Shown here one piece after another: positions 48,575 to 51,021 of a stretch of 51,021 nucleotides of DNA. A program made the translations under genes and the position numbers. A model generated the notes under the pieces. That model was given only the letters and a program-made list of their open reading frames with translations. It was not told where the DNA came from and searched no databases. The stretch comes from Bugula neritina (taxonomy: Eukaryota > Animalia > Bryozoa): the NCBI GenBank assembly GCA_964035545.1, contig CAXIUT010000056.1, positions 1 through 51,021 of the forward strand, written 5' to 3'. Each line of letters begins with the position of its first letter. Within the stretch, counting starts at the first letter, position 1.

Positions 48575-49560
48575 CCGTCTTTGAGTGCGACCAGCACCTT
48601 TTGGAACACCGCATCTGACACGGGTTTACCACTGATGACGATCTTTTGGCCCTGCAAGGCCAACTTCAGCCCATTTGGCAAATGTTCCGCGTGCGGAACA
48701 TTTTGCGCGGGCTTGGCTGGTTTTGCTGGGCGCAACAGCGTTGCAATCGCTGTCATCTCTGCGCTTGCATCCACAAAGGACGTCTTACTCAGCACTTTGC
48801 GCAAGGATGCACCCTGATCATCAGACACCTTCAAATACTCTGCCAATGCCAAACCCAACCGTTCGGGCAGGGCGGTTGGGAACTGCAGCGCGCCATCCAG
48901 GGCATGGTATATCCCAATGAAAGATCGAATGCGGGACCGCTTGGCGCGGCTGACATTGGCAAACAGGGTCAACAGAGCCTGTTTTTCGCTGTCATAGACA
49001 CCACGTTTCGCCGCCTCTGCCGCCACGCGGGCCCGTTCGTAATAAGACAGGCCAACGCGGATCTCGTTTTCCTCGACCATGGACACATAGGCATCTGACG
49101 CATCCTTTGGCTGGCGCAACAGGGCTTGCACCGTATCAAACTCAGACCCTTCACCCTCCGCCGCCAACGCCTCTAGGGCGGCCAGACGCCGCCAGCCAGA
49201 GATCAGCCCATAGCGCGGACCATTGGGGGCAGGGGTGGGCAGCTCTGTCACCTCAATCGGGGTGCGTTGGCCATGGGCGCGAATACTCTCGATCAGGGCG
49301 CGCATGTCCTCGTCGTCTTGCACCACGCGGTCCCGCGCCAAATGATCGGGCTGGATGTCATCGCGGCTGATCCGCAGCACCATGCGCCCTTCGGCCTTGG
49401 CACTGGTCAGCTCATCCGATAGTTCGCGCACCGCATGTTCCGCTGCGGTTTGTGCCGCCACCTGCGCAATGGGCGGGCCTGTCGCGGACTTCACCTCTGG
49501 GGTGGGTTGATCCCCAGACAAAAACGCCTCTCGCGGGCCAGATAACCGTTTGCGTGCCAT
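48571..49560 (-). CDS. parB: ParB (repeat copy, one R->H difference)
   Basis: As 9856..10845. Confidence 0.9.
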   Translation of the reverse strand: MARKRLSGPREAFLSGDQPTPEVKSATGPPIAQVAAQTAAEHAVRELSDELTSAKAEGRMVLRISRDDIQPDHLARDRVVQDDEDMRALIESIRAHGQRTPIEVTELPTPAPNGPRYGLISGWRRLAALEALAAEGEGSEFDTVQALLRQPKDASDAYVSMVEENEIRVGLSYYERARVAAEAAKRGVYDSEKQALLTLFANVSRAKRSRIRSFIGIYHALDGALQFPTALPERLGLALAEYLKVSDDQGASLRKVLSKTSFVDASAEMTAIATLLRPAKPAKPAQNVPHAEHLPNGLKLALQGQKIVISGKPVSDAVFQKVLVALKDG

Positions 49561-49630
49561 TTTCACATTCCCCTTATTTACAAGGCATTAAAGACTCTTG
49601 CTCAAGTGATTAAGACTCTAGCTCAAGTGA

Positions 49631-51010
49631 TTAAGACTCTAGCTCCAGCTCATCACGCCGCCAGCTGCCGATCAACAGCTTTTTGAACATCGCATAGGTT
49701 TGATCAAAGGTCTCTCGACCTCGCGCATAGGTCTCTCGGTTAAAGTCGCGATAGTCAGCCTCGTAGATGCCGTTCACTTGCTCGCCCGCTTGCCCGACCA
49801 GCGCGGTGTAATCCTGTCGGAACGGCGACATGAACCGGCCAAGATAGGCCTGCATCAGCGCAGACAGCTCCATCTGTTGCGCCCCGTCAAAGCGGGTGAT
49901 TACCGTGCGCACCGCATCCCATTCAAACCGAATTTCTTGCCGCCCCAACGCACGGGCCGCCATGTTCTCTCCGTCCTCGATGGACTGAAAGGTGGCGTGC
50001 AGCATGTCAAAGAACCGACCCGTGGAATCAAACTCCAGAAACGACGCGCCAAGGGGCACCATCAGGATATCCGCCGCCGTCAGCCCGTTGATCGTCAGAT
50101 AGCCAAGGGCAGGGGGCGTATCGAGCAGGACAAGGTCATAGTCATCAAGCACCCCATCCGCCTCTAGCCGTGCGCTCAGCGCGTCCCACAGCTTCCAGCC
50201 AGGCACACCCATACGCCAGACCGGGATCTGAAACTCAGCCCAGTACAGGTTCAACTGCGCCCCAATCAAATCAATGTTGGGCCAATGGGTGGTTTGGATC
50301 ACATCTTGGCAAGACACATCGAGTGCATCGCTCAGCGTTTCATCCAAAGGCAGGGGCGCCGAACCACGATCCGCGCGGCGTCGGTTTTCATCCTGCAACG
50401 CGATCGCGTAATCCTTGGCGATCAGCGGGAACACCGTCATCCATTCGTCTTCCACAGGCCGCCCAAAGATCGACGTCATTGACCCCTGACTATCCAGATC
50501 AATCACCAGCACCTTATACCCATCCAACGCCGCGGACATGGCCAGATGCGCCGCCGTGGATGTTTTACCAACCCCGCCCTTAAAGTTCGCCACAGCCGCA
50601 ATCTTTGCCTTCGCACCCTTTGGACGGTAGGGCAGATATTCTTTGGTCTTCGATCCCTCAGACGCGAAATGGTGGCGCAGTTGCAGAACCTCATCCAGCG
50701 TGAACCACTTGGCCCCGCCATCGGTTTCTGACAGGCCTTGGGGCAGGTTTGGATTTGCCTTTAGCACACGGCGGAAATGGGGGGTCGCCACAGGGATCAA
50801 ATACTTGGTGATTTCCCATGTGGAAAACAAACGCAGCTCTTTGCCACTGTCGTCTTCAACACCGCGCGACATCAAATCATCACGGCCCTTACCACAGGCC
50901 TGCGCGATGCGTTCAAAATCATCCGTAACAACGGGATCGCCAAGCTCGGCTAAGGCCGCATCAGCGGAAATATTGAAATAAGGAGGAAGGATTTGATCCT
51001 TGGGTGCCAT
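49631..51010 (-). CDS. parA: ParA (repeat copy)
   Basis: Same as 10916..12295. Confidence 0.93.
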   Translation of the reverse strand: MAPKDQILPPYFNISADAALAELGDPVVTDDFERIAQACGKGRDDLMSRGVEDDSGKELRLFSTWEITKYLIPVATPHFRRVLKANPNLPQGLSETDGGAKWFTLDEVLQLRHHFASEGSKTKEYLPYRPKGAKAKIAAVANFKGGVGKTSTAAHLAMSAALDGYKVLVIDLDSQGSMTSIFGRPVEDEWMTVFPLIAKDYAIALQDENRRRADRGSAPLPLDETLSDALDVSCQDVIQTTHWPNIDLIGAQLNLYWAEFQIPVWRMGVPGWKLWDALSARLEADGVLDDYDLVLLDTPPALGYLTINGLTAADILMVPLGASFLEFDSTGRFFDMLHATFQSIEDGENMAARALGRQEIRFEWDAVRTVITRFDGAQQMELSALMQAYLGRFMSPFRQDYTALVGQAGEQVNGIYEADYRDFNRETYARGRETFDQTYAMFKKLLIGSWRRDELELES

Positions 51011-51021
51011 GCCTGTGCGCC

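Larger units (their letters stand above)
38716..51021. repeat. Second copy of the terminal repeat (over-run of a circular plasmid contig)
   Basis: Colinear with 1..12306; 5 substitutions noticed (48359, 48391, 48497, 48692, 48922). Confidence 0.97.

Overview
The window is a complete circular plasmid of about 38,715 bp, probably from a Rhodobacteraceae/Roseobacter-group host (inferred from the RepA(RPA)-ParA-ParB module and the DUF2793 and YjbH gene content). It is followed by a 12.3-kb over-run: 38716..51021 repeats 1..12306 with an offset of 38,715. Apart from replication and partition genes, almost everything concerns the cell surface. (i) Capsule export: KpsM/E/T, Wza-like, YjbE/F/H, a priming sugar transferase and GalE. 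(ii) A phosphonate operon: cytidylyltransferase-PEP mutase fusion, phosphonopyruvate decarboxylase and Fe-ADH, predicting 2-hydroxyethylphosphonate (HEP) and HEP-CMP. It is flanked by a CDP-alcohol phosphotransferase, a sulfotransferase-fold protein and a frameshifted LicD. (iii) A 6.8-kb segment between two inverted 2,828-bp ISKra4-family elements. It encodes a split Bcs1-like CDP-alditol synthase and a 1,466-aa TagF-TPR-LicD-TagF-GDPD fusion. An RTX-repeat protein and a DUF2793 (GTA tail-fibre-like) protein complete the plasmid. The best candidate for a novel system is a portable phosphonate-decorated, teichoic-acid-like capsule kit whose putative polymerase carries its own phosphodiesterase. 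All domain calls come from motif recognition by eye; no searches were run.
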